64,000 nucleotides of DNA from IMG/VR virus record IMGVR_UViG_3300042326_002445, positions 159,647 through 223,646 of that record, one strand, 5' to 3'. Position 1 is the stretch's first letter. Every line of letters begins with the position of its first letter. The notes under the pieces are model-generated. The model was not told the DNA's origin, did not search any database, and was given only the letters and a program-made list of their open reading frames with translations. This document shows positions 19,398 to 29,539 of this stretch, in pieces. The position numbers and the translations under genes are program-made.

Positions 19398-20015
19398 TTA
19401 TCTTATATTCCTATAGTCTTTAAATGTGTTTTCTATATCAGAATGATCTGCTCTTTGCCAAGCGAGGTGAGGCCTAAAGCCATAACACGGCATCTTTTTC
19501 TGCAAAAATGCTAAATGCAAATCTGCTGGCTTAGTAAATATCACGTTTTCACTAAAACGTTCCATAATCATTTCTAAGGCTGTTCTTTTGATGGCGTAGC
19601 AATGGGTCGTGTATGTCTTTCTAAGGCGATGTACGTGCCTGTTTATCATCATTATTGGATTATGTCTATGACTTCCACCTAGATAAAGCATTTGCCAATC
19701 TTTTGGCACCATAGGATAGTATTCCTGAAATCTTTTACCTACATTTCTATCGAATTCTACGTCATCTTCCATAATAAGTGCTGTTTTTATTGTCTTGTCT
19801 GCCAGTATCATCTCAAACACTTTTCTATGAGACATGCAGCAGCCAGCAGCTCCTGGTTTTAGTTCACCTATATTTGTCAGAGTGTGACCGTCAACTGCGT
19901 CTACAAAATGAACGTCTAATTGCAATTCTGAGAAGATTTGTGAGCATCTTTCTCTACGATCTGTTCGCCTCTGCAGATTAATGCAGTAAATTTTATTAAA
20001 ATCTCTTAGTAACAT
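19398..20015 (-). CDS. GT25 glycosyltransferase
   Basis: CINLQRRTDRR, DAVDG, GCCMSH, MEDD. Confidence 0.85.
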   Translation of the reverse strand: MLLRDFNKIYCINLQRRTDRRERCSQIFSELQLDVHFVDAVDGHTLTNIGELKPGAAGCCMSHRKVFEMILADKTIKTALIMEDDVEFDRNVGKRFQEYYPMVPKDWQMLYLGGSHRHNPIMMINRHVHRLRKTYTTHCYAIKRTALEMIMERFSENVIFTKPADLHLAFLQKKMPCYGFRPHLAWQRADHSDIENTFKDYRNIR

Positions 20016-20049
20016 ATATGATGTTTTGTCGAAAAAATATAACAATACT

Positions 20050-20793
20050 ATGGCTAAATATTTAATTAATTATGCAGCAACTGGAACAAATTGGGCACAA
20101 AACAATCCTAATGGTGGCTATTTTAATGCGCAAAAATTAAATAGCAAAACTGGATTAGAAGTCGCTGGATTTGATCATGTTATAAATTACGGGATCCATT
20201 CTTTATCAGAAGATTTTAAAAAAACGCATTCTAAGCATTTTCAATATACTAGAGGCGCTGGATATTGGGTATGGAAGCCTCAAGTAATAATAGACGCTCT
20301 AAGTAAAATAAAAAATGATGACATACTCATGTATTCTGATTCTGGATGTCATTTTATACACTCAATGAACCCAATTTTTGAGAAAATGGAAAATACATCT
20401 AAAAAATGCTTATGTTTTAATTTAGCTCAAAAAGAACATGAGTGGACAAAAAGAGATTGTTTCATTGCCATGGAGTGCGATCAGCCTGATATTGTTTACG
20501 GCAAACAAATTATGAGTACATTTTTCTTATGCAAAAAAAATGACTTTTCTACTTTCATTGCAAATGAATGGCAAAGATGGATAAGTGATTTCCATATGGT
20601 TGCAGACGAATTCGTATCTCCTAGTGTATCTCCTAATTATCCAGAATTTAAAGAACACAGGCATGATCAGTCAATTTTTAGTCTATTATGCAAAAAACAC
20701 AGAATTGATTTTATGGAAGACATTACAGAATGGGGCGATCCATCAGAAAGAAAAACTCCACAAATTGTTTCTCATACTAGGAAAAGAGATTGA
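20050..20793 (+). CDS. putative GT-A nucleotide-sugar transferase
   Basis: RGAGYWVWKP, YSDSG, EHRHDQSIFSLL. Confidence 0.6.
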   Translation: MAKYLINYAATGTNWAQNNPNGGYFNAQKLNSKTGLEVAGFDHVINYGIHSLSEDFKKTHSKHFQYTRGAGYWVWKPQVIIDALSKIKNDDILMYSDSGCHFIHSMNPIFEKMENTSKKCLCFNLAQKEHEWTKRDCFIAMECDQPDIVYGKQIMSTFFLCKKNDFSTFIANEWQRWISDFHMVADEFVSPSVSPNYPEFKEHRHDQSIFSLLCKKHRIDFMEDITEWGDPSERKTPQIVSHTRKRD

Positions 20794-21561
20794 ATGAAAA
20801 TAGATAAAGTAATACACGCATGTGATGATAAAGATTTTTATCTTGACTTTTGGCCTATAGTATCAAAAATATGGCGTCTCAAATTTAATGTAGAACCAAT
20901 ATTGTTGCATTTTGGCAACAAAAATCCAACACAAGAGTTTGGCACAGTCATTAAGATGCCAATAATAAAAGATGTGCCTGTAAATACATTGTGCCAAATA
21001 TCTAGGTATTGGATACCATCTACAGATCTGAGTGCGACTTGGATGACCTCTGATATAGACATGATTCCAATATCAAGGCATTATTTTACTGGTTGGTTAA
21101 ATGATGTACCAAATGACAAATGGGTGCATCTGAATTCTGACAAGGGAGAGTCTCATCCGTATATAGTTTATCTATGTTGCTATAATGTAGCAAAAGGGCA
21201 AACATTTAAAGACATATTAGAACTGCCTGATAGTTTTGAGGATTTTGTAAATTTAGGATTTTGGAAAGAAAATACTCATAATTATACTCCTCATGGACTA
21301 TCCGGTTCTCTTCCCCATTGGGGCGCTGATGAAATGTGGTCAAGTAGAAAGCTAAATCAATACTCAGACCAATCAAGAATAGTAAGAAAATTTAGAGATT
21401 GTGGACCTCATGAATGTCACAGAATAGATCGCATTAACTGGGGATGGAATGATTCTGGTGTTACTTCAGAAGACTACTATGACTGTCATGCTGCGCGCCC
21501 TTATGAAAAGCACAAGGGCTCTATAGATAGACTTGTGGAGCTAATACTTAAAAATGTTTGA
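20794..21561 (+). CDS. putative GT-A glycosyltransferase
   Basis: SDIDMIP DxD motif; W..DE; in the glycan operon. Confidence 0.55.
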   Translation: MKIDKVIHACDDKDFYLDFWPIVSKIWRLKFNVEPILLHFGNKNPTQEFGTVIKMPIIKDVPVNTLCQISRYWIPSTDLSATWMTSDIDMIPISRHYFTGWLNDVPNDKWVHLNSDKGESHPYIVYLCCYNVAKGQTFKDILELPDSFEDFVNLGFWKENTHNYTPHGLSGSLPHWGADEMWSSRKLNQYSDQSRIVRKFRDCGPHECHRIDRINWGWNDSGVTSEDYYDCHAARPYEKHKGSIDRLVELILKNV

Positions 21562-22303
21562 CTTCGATTTAAAGTATGAAGACTTTGTATGGGGAGATAA
21601 GTTTTCCCAACTATCTAATATAAAATTTTTAAAGATAGATGACGCTTTTAGTTTTATACAAAGCAATACATCTGATGTCAATATAGTAAGTCACAACGGA
21701 GACTACCCGATAGATGGTAAGTTTGAAAATTATCAAAACAATTTTCCAAGATGGTATGGACAAAATATTGTTACTGGTTGCAATAAGTTTAAGCCTATTC
21801 CCATAGGATTGGAAAATGATTATGTTGCTAACTCTGTTGAAAAAAAGCATATGCTTTTAAATTTATCTAATTCTTCCAAGTCTGTGCGGCCTAATAAAAT
21901 GCTATATATCAATCATAATATTGGCACTAACTCTCATGAAAGGCAAGCTCCATACAATATTTTCAGCAACAGCAGCTGGTGTACTGTTGAGCACTCTGGC
22001 GGCTTTTCTTATCAGAGTATTTATTATTCAAAAATACTAGACCATACTTTTATGCTTAGTCCGCCCGGCAATGGTATAGATTGTCACAGAACTTGGGAGA
22101 TATTATATTTAAGAAGAATTCCTGTTCTTAAAAAAGTTGGTAGATTGCAAGAGCTGTATTCAGAACTTCCAGTCGTTTTTATTGATGCTTATGATCAGTT
22201 AAATGAATCTTTTTTAAGACAAGAGTTAAACTCATTAAGTAATAAGACTTTTAATTTTGAAAAATTAAAGTTCTCTTATTGGAAAAGTTTGGTGCAATCG
22301 TGA
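21554..22303 (+). CDS. exostosin/GT47-like glycosyltransferase
   Basis: LSPPGNGIDCHRTWEILYLRRIPV. Confidence 0.7.
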   Translation: MFDFDLKYEDFVWGDKFSQLSNIKFLKIDDAFSFIQSNTSDVNIVSHNGDYPIDGKFENYQNNFPRWYGQNIVTGCNKFKPIPIGLENDYVANSVEKKHMLLNLSNSSKSVRPNKMLYINHNIGTNSHERQAPYNIFSNSSWCTVEHSGGFSYQSIYYSKILDHTFMLSPPGNGIDCHRTWEILYLRRIPVLKKVGRLQELYSELPVVFIDAYDQLNESFLRQELNSLSNKTFNFEKLKFSYWKSLVQS

Positions 22304-22926
22304 TCAACATTAACAATTTTAGTGAATTAAAAATTAATTTTTTGATGAATAATGGTGATCCTGGATTCCATGGGGATGTAAGAATGATCGAAACTATGGA
22401 TGACATAATTAAAAAATGCGATCATTTTATAGAGACTGGTACTAGATACGGTAACACTCTTTTCTTTGTATCTAGAAATTACAACATTAAATGTTGGTCA
22501 TGCGAAATAGGAGACATGACGCCGCAAAGCGTTTATAATCACGATAATGTTTATTTTCAACAAATTAAGTCTCCTGATTTTTTATATTTTTTAGAAAAAA
22601 AGCACTCACATATATGCGAAAAAACTTGTGTTTTTTATCTTGATGCTCATAGTGATACAGAATCAGTCTGGGAAGAAGAGCTTGCATTTATATTAAAGAA
22701 TTTTAGTAAATTTTATATTGTTATAGATGATTTCAATATTATGAATGATAGTTTTTCTCATAATGGTTATAGTTTAAGCGTAGCAAAATCAATAATAAAA
22801 AATAGAGCTAAAATATATGTACCAGATTACAGAGAACAAACATCTGAGTTTCATTCTCTTACGGGATGGATTTTGATAACCAACATAGATGAATCGTTCA
22901 GAAACGTAAAGGAGCTATATGAGTAG
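22279..22926 (+). CDS. class I SAM methyltransferase-like protein
   Basis: FIETGTRYGNT, FYLDAH, IVIDDF. Confidence 0.65.
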   Translation: MEKFGAIVININNFSELKINFLMNNGDPGFHGDVRMIETMDDIIKKCDHFIETGTRYGNTLFFVSRNYNIKCWSCEIGDMTPQSVYNHDNVYFQQIKSPDFLYFLEKKHSHICEKTCVFYLDAHSDTESVWEEELAFILKNFSKFYIVIDDFNIMNDSFSHNGYSLSVAKSIIKNRAKIYVPDYREQTSEFHSLTGWILITNIDESFRNVKELYE

Positions 22927-23500
22927 ACAATTAGGAAAAAAAGAAACTTTTGATTTTTGGTTTAATAACAGAGAGTTTGACGAACATGATCAGTTTGGCA
23001 GCAAATACTATGTTAATGAGTTTTACAGCAGAATAGTTTCAAAGCTAGACATACCTAAGAGTGGATTCATCGTAGTAGCTGGAACAAATAGAGCTGTTTC
23101 TTTTGAAATTTTGTGTGATATATTTGGAAAAGATAGGTGCATAGGGTTTGATTTGTATAATCCTAATGGTCACGAAAGAGTTGTAATAAAAGATTGCATG
23201 CTTTTGTCTAAAGAAGACGACATTCCCATAGCATTTGCGCACAACGATGTTGGAAGTCTTTCTCATACTCCAGATGTAAAAATACACGCCCACAAATGGT
23301 TAACTAAAAATATTGTACCTGGTGGTTACGTTATGGGGAACAATAACTTGAATAGAGCAAAATTTAAATTTGAAGAATTTATGAAAGAAAACGGTTTTGA
23401 AAATACTAATTTTTGTGAATTAGACAGCAGCAAATTTGACCTTTCTTCTTTTCCAATAGAGAGAATAGAGGGGTATATGCTTTCGAGAAAGAATTTTTAA
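22919..23500 (+). CDS. putative methyltransferase-fold protein
   Basis: CIGFDLY, IAFAHND, IVPGGYV. Confidence 0.5.
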   Translation: MSRQLGKKETFDFWFNNREFDEHDQFGSKYYVNEFYSRIVSKLDIPKSGFIVVAGTNRAVSFEILCDIFGKDRCIGFDLYNPNGHERVVIKDCMLLSKEDDIPIAFAHNDVGSLSHTPDVKIHAHKWLTKNIVPGGYVMGNNNLNRAKFKFEEFMKENGFENTNFCELDSSKFDLSSFPIERIEGYMLSRKNF

Positions 23501-23501
23501 C

Positions 23502-24131
23502 ATGAATGCCATAAACTTTGATAAGTCTATTATGCAGCTTGTTTCTTATCCAAGAACCGGTAGTCACTATGTTCGCATAGTAATAGAAGACATTACAAAA
23601 AGGCCTTGTGCTCCTACTTCTTTTTTGGGTTTTGATAAATTTGAACCATGGGGGTTTCACCTGCATGACAGAATTGTGGGAAATGGAGATGAGGGCATAA
23701 CTTCTGGATTTGATAAAGTAATATACTTATATAGGAATCCAGTAGATACCATTTATTCACACATAAAATATCAGAATGAGAGCGATTGGAGATCAATAGC
23801 AGAAGAGTATAAAAATCATCTCATGAGATGGCTTTACAATAATCACGATTGTAAAAAAATGATTTTTGTTAATTATGACATATTGCTAGATAAGCCGATA
23901 AAAGAATTTAAAAGAATTTTAGAATTTATGGATTTCTCAGTCAATGATGATGATTTGCAAAAATCTATAAGCAGAACAACAATATCTAGAGTTAGGGCAT
24001 TAACGGAAAAGTTAGATAATAAAGTAGTAAGTCAAGATCATTTTAATGGTCAGTACTTAATCGATAAGTCAATTTTTATTTCAGAAAATTCAGAAGAAAT
24101 AAATAAAATGTTTCAAGGCATTTATAAATAA
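23502..24131 (+). CDS. PAPS-dependent sulfotransferase
   Basis: 5'-PSB loop SYPRTGSHYVR and 3'-PB motif YRNPVDTIYS. Confidence 0.8.
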   Translation: MNAINFDKSIMQLVSYPRTGSHYVRIVIEDITKRPCAPTSFLGFDKFEPWGFHLHDRIVGNGDEGITSGFDKVIYLYRNPVDTIYSHIKYQNESDWRSIAEEYKNHLMRWLYNNHDCKKMIFVNYDILLDKPIKEFKRILEFMDFSVNDDDLQKSISRTTISRVRALTEKLDNKVVSQDHFNGQYLIDKSIFISENSEEINKMFQGIYK

Positions 24132-25097
24132 ATGAAAATATATAAAAAAATAAACTTTATTGACTACAATATATCTCATGCGGAAACATGGAAACACGCT
24201 AGTATAATGTGCGGTTGCAGAGTTCCTAAAGATTTGATGCACAATTATTATACACCTCCAAATAATATATGGTTAAAAAAATGTAATAATTTTTTTGAAG
24301 ATGAAGTAAATTCTGGAATATCTGTATTCACAGACCATGCAATTGTGGAAGTGAATAAATACAGATCGCAACATAAAGTTGCTTTAATTTTAGAACCCCC
24401 AATTGAGGCAAGGGGTATTTATGAAAAAGCCGTCAGTCTTCAGAATAAATTTGAGATTATATTTACTTTTCGAAAAAAATTAATAGAAAAAAATCCTGAA
24501 AAATTCAAATTCATGCCAGCTGATTTTGTTACATTAGAAGATGATGCGCATAAAATTCATACAAAAAATAAACTGATCTCTATGATATATTCTGGTATGA
24601 GAGGTCACAATAGAGATCTTAGGCATCAGGTTGGTAATATTTTGAGCGACAAAATTACATTATTTGGTGGAGGTAGTCCAAGCGGAGATGTGCCTTTAAA
24701 ATCTGATACTTTAAAAGACTATATGTTTTCTGTAGTAATAGAAAATTCAAAACCTTTTGACTACTATTTTACTGAAAAAATATTAGATTGTTTCATAACA
24801 GGTAATATCCCTATATATAATGGCTCTCCATCAATAGGAGATTTTTTTGACAAAAGGGGATTTCTCACATGGTCGTCTATAGACGAACTTGCAAATATTA
24901 TTGATTCTATTTCAGAAGATAAATATTATGAAATGCTGCCTTATGTAAAAATAAATTATGAATTAGCAAAAAAGTACGTTAGTGCTGATGACGTAATGAG
25001 TGATTTAATTTATGAAGCACTTCACAATAAAACGATAAATACTATGGAAAGATTTATATACAAAAATTGGAGTAATAATGAAAATAATCAATTATGA
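24132..25097 (+). CDS. GT10 (alpha-1,3/4-fucosyltransferase-like)
   Basis: YMFSVVIENS..YYFTEKILDCFITGNIPIY. Confidence 0.8.
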   Translation: MKIYKKINFIDYNISHAETWKHASIMCGCRVPKDLMHNYYTPPNNIWLKKCNNFFEDEVNSGISVFTDHAIVEVNKYRSQHKVALILEPPIEARGIYEKAVSLQNKFEIIFTFRKKLIEKNPEKFKFMPADFVTLEDDAHKIHTKNKLISMIYSGMRGHNRDLRHQVGNILSDKITLFGGGSPSGDVPLKSDTLKDYMFSVVIENSKPFDYYFTEKILDCFITGNIPIYNGSPSIGDFFDKRGFLTWSSIDELANIIDSISEDKYYEMLPYVKINYELAKKYVSADDVMSDLIYEALHNKTINTMERFIYKNWSNNENNQL

Positions 25098-25782
25098 TAC
25101 AAGCAAGTATGGATTTAGAGACTTAGTTCAATCAATATATGATGTTGATTTGTCTAATCTTGATACAGTTGATGCAAAAAAGAATTTAACTTTAGGTAAT
25201 GATACAAAAACTTCACTACATAAAGAGTTTTATAAAAAAATAGATGCTGGTTGGCCAGAATTTATGAACTTATATACTTCTTTTGTATCAGAAGTTGTGC
25301 ACCCTATGTTTGAGGATGACGTTCTTGTTTATCAAAAAACTCCAGGCATAAGGTTTTGCAGACCTGGAGCTAAGGCGGTATATAAGTGGCACTCAGATGG
25401 AGATGCTGACCATAAGCACCCTCTTGGAGAAGTGAATGTGTTTTTGCCTTTGAACAAATGCTTCGACACAAATTCTGTATGGTTTGAGACTATACCTGGC
25501 ATGGGAGATTGGCGTCCACTAGAAATGGATTATGGTCAATTGTTTATAGGTTATTGGAATCAGTGCAGGCATGGAAACAAAGAAAATTCTACGGGAAAAA
25601 CGAGAGTCAGTTTTGATTTTAGAGTTATTCCAGGTTTTGCTTACGATGAAAATTGTACATTGCAGAGTTGCACAACTAAGCAAAAATTTGTTATTGGAAG
25701 TTATTATGAAAAGATAAAAAGAGATCCGACACCATCTATGTATGACCCAGTGGAAAATGCAAAACTAGGAGCAGCATGCTAG
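25078..25782 (+). CDS. StrG-like Fe(II)/2-oxoglutarate oxygenase-fold protein
   Basis: WHSD HxD motif, HGN, TRVSFDFR. Confidence 0.65.
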   Translation: MKIINYDTSKYGFRDLVQSIYDVDLSNLDTVDAKKNLTLGNDTKTSLHKEFYKKIDAGWPEFMNLYTSFVSEVVHPMFEDDVLVYQKTPGIRFCRPGAKAVYKWHSDGDADHKHPLGEVNVFLPLNKCFDTNSVWFETIPGMGDWRPLEMDYGQLFIGYWNQCRHGNKENSTGKTRVSFDFRVIPGFAYDENCTLQSCTTKQKFVIGSYYEKIKRDPTPSMYDPVENAKLGAAC

Positions 25783-26441
25783 ACCCAAATCAGTACGAAG
25801 CCAGTCTTCTCAAGCATATGATGAATCGGTATGATTTGAATGATCCATGGGAAGTCGTTGATACTTTTGAAAATATTATTGCTAGTTACTCTGGAAGTAA
25901 ATATGCAGTATCAGTTGACAATTGTACTGATGCCATGTTTTTGTGTCTTAAGTATTTAAAGGCTGATGGAGTGATTGAAATACCCAAAAGAACATATGTA
26001 TCTGTTCCATGTACAATTATAAATGCTGGCTGCAAAGTTAAATTTATTGATATAGCGTGGAGTGGAGCCTACAAGCTTAATCCTTACAATGTTTACGATT
26101 CAGCAACAAGAATGAAAAGAAACATGTACGTAGAAGACTCTTATTATTGTTTGTCTTTTCATAGGAGAAAGCATATACCGATAGGCAAAGGCGGAATGAT
26201 ATTGACTAATAATAAAGATGCCTATGAATGGTTTAAGGTTGTCAGATACGAGGGAAGACACATGGACAGGTTATACAAAGATGATCATTTTGATCAAATT
26301 GGATGGAATATGTATATGACTCCAGAACAGGCGGCAAAGGGCATATATTTATTCGATAAACATGTAGTCGATGACAACCCAGATTTAGAAACTTCTGGTA
26401 TACATAAGGACCTATCAGAATATTCCATTTTCACAGCTTGA
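25776..26441 (+). CDS. DegT/DnrJ/EryC1/StrS-family sugar aminotransferase, short form
   Basis: AVSVDNCTDAMFLCL, LSFHRRKHIPIGKGGMILT, GWNMYM; only 221 aa. Confidence 0.75.
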   Translation: MLDPNQYEASLLKHMMNRYDLNDPWEVVDTFENIIASYSGSKYAVSVDNCTDAMFLCLKYLKADGVIEIPKRTYVSVPCTIINAGCKVKFIDIAWSGAYKLNPYNVYDSATRMKRNMYVEDSYYCLSFHRRKHIPIGKGGMILTNNKDAYEWFKVVRYEGRHMDRLYKDDHFDQIGWNMYMTPEQAAKGIYLFDKHVVDDNPDLETSGIHKDLSEYSIFTA

Positions 26442-27199
26442 GGTTTAATATGTTCTCTAAAAAAGATGTAATTAAAAAAATATTGTTGACTTGTAGTTCA
26501 GCAAAGGAAGGTCATGTTCCAAGTGCGCTTTCTATATTGGATATTTTATATGTTGTATATAGAGACTACGTATCCTTAGAAAAAGGAAGATTTGTACTAT
26601 CAAAAGGTCATGCATCAATAGGGCTTTACGCAATTCTTGATTATTTTAGCATGCTTGAGGAGCCTATTGAAAACTTTTGTAAGTTTGATTCAAAACTTGG
26701 AGGACATCCATCTTGCAGACTTAATCATGTTGAATGCTCGACTGGATCATTAGGGCATGGTATGCCATTCGCTCTTGGAATGGCAATGAGTGAGAAAATC
26801 AAAGGTTCTGATAAAAAAGTTTTTACTATTATTGGAGATGGGGAATCGAACGAAGGGACTATATGGGAAACAGCCCTTCTTGCTAGCCATCATAAAGTAA
26901 ATAATTTCTGTTGCATATTAGATCATAATCATTCTACCGACAGGGCTCTTGATATAGGCAACATGATTCAAAAATTTAAATCCTTTGGTTGGATGTGCAG
27001 TAAAGTGAACGGTCATGATTTGACAAACTTATCTAAAGTTCTTAAGAAATCAGATCCTGAAAAGCCGCACTTCATACTCGCTCATACGGTAAAAGGAAAA
27101 GGCATTAAATGCATGGAGAACAATCCAGAATGGCATCATAAGTCTCCAAGTCAAATAGATTGTGATAACATGATTAAGGAATTATATGAAAGCGTCTAA
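26438..27199 (+). CDS. transketolase, N-terminal (ThDP-binding) subunit
   Basis: GHVPSALS, LSKGHA, STGSLGHG, GDGESNEG, HTVKGKG, WHH. Confidence 0.9.
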   Translation: MRFNMFSKKDVIKKILLTCSSAKEGHVPSALSILDILYVVYRDYVSLEKGRFVLSKGHASIGLYAILDYFSMLEEPIENFCKFDSKLGGHPSCRLNHVECSTGSLGHGMPFALGMAMSEKIKGSDKKVFTIIGDGESNEGTIWETALLASHHKVNNFCCILDHNHSTDRALDIGNMIQKFKSFGWMCSKVNGHDLTNLSKVLKKSDPEKPHFILAHTVKGKGIKCMENNPEWHHKSPSQIDCDNMIKELYESV

Positions 27200-28031
27200 G
27201 AGTTTAATTATTAATACTAGAGAATATGGCATGTTTTCTAGTCTTCTGCAAATTATAGATAATTTAAAGTTTTGCGAGCTTAATAATATGAAGCCAATAT
27301 TAAATATTGGTGATAAATTTTTGTATCGCGATGGTCCAGAAAACCCTTGGAGTCATTATTTTAAGCCTATCAATGACGGAGTCGCAGAGGGAGAAGTTTA
27401 CGAAGTTTCTCAGTTAACAAAAACAGCTAACTTCTTTCTAGAAAATTATGTGATGACTCAGCCATCCATTCATGACTATAGGCTAAAATTGTGGAATATG
27501 ATTGCAGACAGAGACGATCTTCTGGCTCATCGCCAGGACATAAAAGCAATGCTTGATAAGTACGTTAAGCCATTGCCTGCAATTACAGATGAAGTAAAGA
27601 AATTTGCCAAAAAACATTTTAAGAAAGATAGTGTTCTCTCAGTTCACATCAGAAGTACGGATTATAAGTTTGTGAATCTTCCCTTGCTTATAGATAGAAT
27701 CAAAAAGATTCAGCAGCAAAACAATTACGACAAGATATTTGTAGCTTCAGATAGCTTAGAGGCTATTATGGGTATATACAACGCATTTCCTAATGTTTGT
27801 TACTATGAAACTAATTTAAGGTGCGAAAAAATTGATTCGCCCAAGCCCCTGTGCCACATTGTATTTGGTCAAGACAAAATAAGGCATGGGAGAGACGCTA
27901 TTGTAGAGTGCCTACTACTTTCTAAGGGTAAAGAAATAGTGTGTATTAATTCTAACGTTGCTGGAATGGCTTGCTATCTAAATCCAGAAATGAAAATACA
28001 TTTAATGCAAAGACAAGTGCATGGGGGATGA
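27186..28031 (+). CDS. NodZ/GT23-like O-fucosyltransferase
   Basis: GMFS, VHIRSTD, FVASDS, L.LSKG...CINSNV. Confidence 0.6.
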   Translation: MKASKSLIINTREYGMFSSLLQIIDNLKFCELNNMKPILNIGDKFLYRDGPENPWSHYFKPINDGVAEGEVYEVSQLTKTANFFLENYVMTQPSIHDYRLKLWNMIADRDDLLAHRQDIKAMLDKYVKPLPAITDEVKKFAKKHFKKDSVLSVHIRSTDYKFVNLPLLIDRIKKIQQQNNYDKIFVASDSLEAIMGIYNAFPNVCYYETNLRCEKIDSPKPLCHIVFGQDKIRHGRDAIVECLLLSKGKEIVCINSNVAGMACYLNPEMKIHLMQRQVHGG

Positions 28032-28662
28032 TAAATTGGAAATGAGTCAAATTGTAAGTATTTCAGAATCTATAAGAAAAAAATTTCCCACTAGATGGGA
28101 GTGTCAAACTCCAAGAGAATTTTTTTACATGTATCATTTAATAGATGAGTGCAACAATATTGATGGAGCTTTTGCAGAAATAGGTGCTTATCAGGGTTTT
28201 ACAAGTGAATTTATTTTCTTAATTAAGAAAAAAGAAAAACGTTTTTTTGTCTGTGATACGTTTACTGGCTTGCGAGACGTTGGAGAGCATGACCGTTATT
28301 TAGATATACCTAATGGTGGTTTAAGTGTTGGAGTTGAAGAATTCTGCAACATGAATGATTTTGTCAAAGAAGAATCAGTTGCATTAATAAATGGATATTT
28401 TCCAGATTCTGCAACAAGTGAAATGAATAATTCTACTTATTCATTTGTTCATATTGATACTGATACTCATGACTCTACAAAAAATAGTTTACATTATTTT
28501 TATCCAAAAATGGCTCACGGTGGAAAAATTTTAGTTCACGATTATAGAAATCATCAAGGAACAAAAGGTGTTGCAAAAGCGGTTGATGATTTTATGATTG
28601 ATAAAGAAGATTCGCTTATGACACACGAAGACAGTACTCAAGCAATTATAACGAAAATATAA
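28021..28662 (+). CDS. TylF/MycF-type sugar O-methyltransferase
   Basis: GAFAEIGAYQG, CDTFTG, GYFPDS, VHIDTD, GGKILVHDY, GVAKAVDDF. Confidence 0.85.
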   Translation: MGDDKLEMSQIVSISESIRKKFPTRWECQTPREFFYMYHLIDECNNIDGAFAEIGAYQGFTSEFIFLIKKKEKRFFVCDTFTGLRDVGEHDRYLDIPNGGLSVGVEEFCNMNDFVKEESVALINGYFPDSATSEMNNSTYSFVHIDTDTHDSTKNSLHYFYPKMAHGGKILVHDYRNHQGTKGVAKAVDDFMIDKEDSLMTHEDSTQAIITKI

Positions 28663-28663
28663 A

Positions 28664-29539
28664 ATGAGAAAACAATTTGTAAAATCAATGAAAGAAATAC
28701 TGTACGGAGATATTGATTCCGTACTGTTACTGGGAGACATTGGAGTCTTTGGTTTTAGAGAAGAATTAAAAAATCTATCCAATAGAGCATACAACATCGG
28801 GATACTGGAGCAAGCGACTATCAGCTTAGCTGCAGGCATGGCTCGTGGCGGCTTGATCCCTTTTGTCCACACCATAGCTCCCTTTATGGTTGAACGCGCA
28901 TTGGAGCAAATAAAGGTCGATTTTGGATATCAAGAATTAAACGGTAATTTCATAAGTGTTGGAGCATCCTATGACTATGCCGGATTGGGCTGCACTCATC
29001 ATTGTCCTGGAGACATTCAGGGGCTCATGAGTATCCCAAATATAAATATATTTACACCGGGTTCTTCTAAGGAATTTGATAATCTATTAAAATTTTATTA
29101 TAAAAATAATGGACCAAAATATTTCAGATTGAGTGAATACGAAAACAATCTTTCTTTTGAATGCGAACCGGGAAGGGCATGCATAGTAAAAGAAGGCAGT
29201 CTCGCAACTATTGTTTGCTATGGACCAATATGCGATTCTGTTATGAGTGCATGTGATAATTTGGATGTTTGCATTTTGTATTACAACTCTATTTTGCCAT
29301 TTGATTCAGAAACTTTGAGTAATAGTTTTAATGAAAAAATTATAATATGTGAGCCTTTTTATGCTGGTACAACAAATTATTTAATTACGAATGCTCTACA
29401 AGGCAAAAAATATAGCCTATTCAATATAGGCGTCCCAAGAAGATTTCTTCATAATTATGGCGATAAAAAACAACACGATCAACATTTGTCTTTAGATGTT
29501 GAGGGTATAAGAAAAAGGATCAAAGAATGCTTAGTTTGA
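28664..29539 (+). CDS. transketolase, C-terminal subunit
   Basis: NIGILEQATISLAAGMA, RALEQIKVD, GCTHH, GPKYFRL. Confidence 0.9.
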   Translation: MRKQFVKSMKEILYGDIDSVLLLGDIGVFGFREELKNLSNRAYNIGILEQATISLAAGMARGGLIPFVHTIAPFMVERALEQIKVDFGYQELNGNFISVGASYDYAGLGCTHHCPGDIQGLMSIPNINIFTPGSSKEFDNLLKFYYKNNGPKYFRLSEYENNLSFECEPGRACIVKEGSLATIVCYGPICDSVMSACDNLDVCILYYNSILPFDSETLSNSFNEKIIICEPFYAGTTNYLITNALQGKKYSLFNIGVPRRFLHNYGDKKQHDQHLSLDVEGIRKRIKECLV

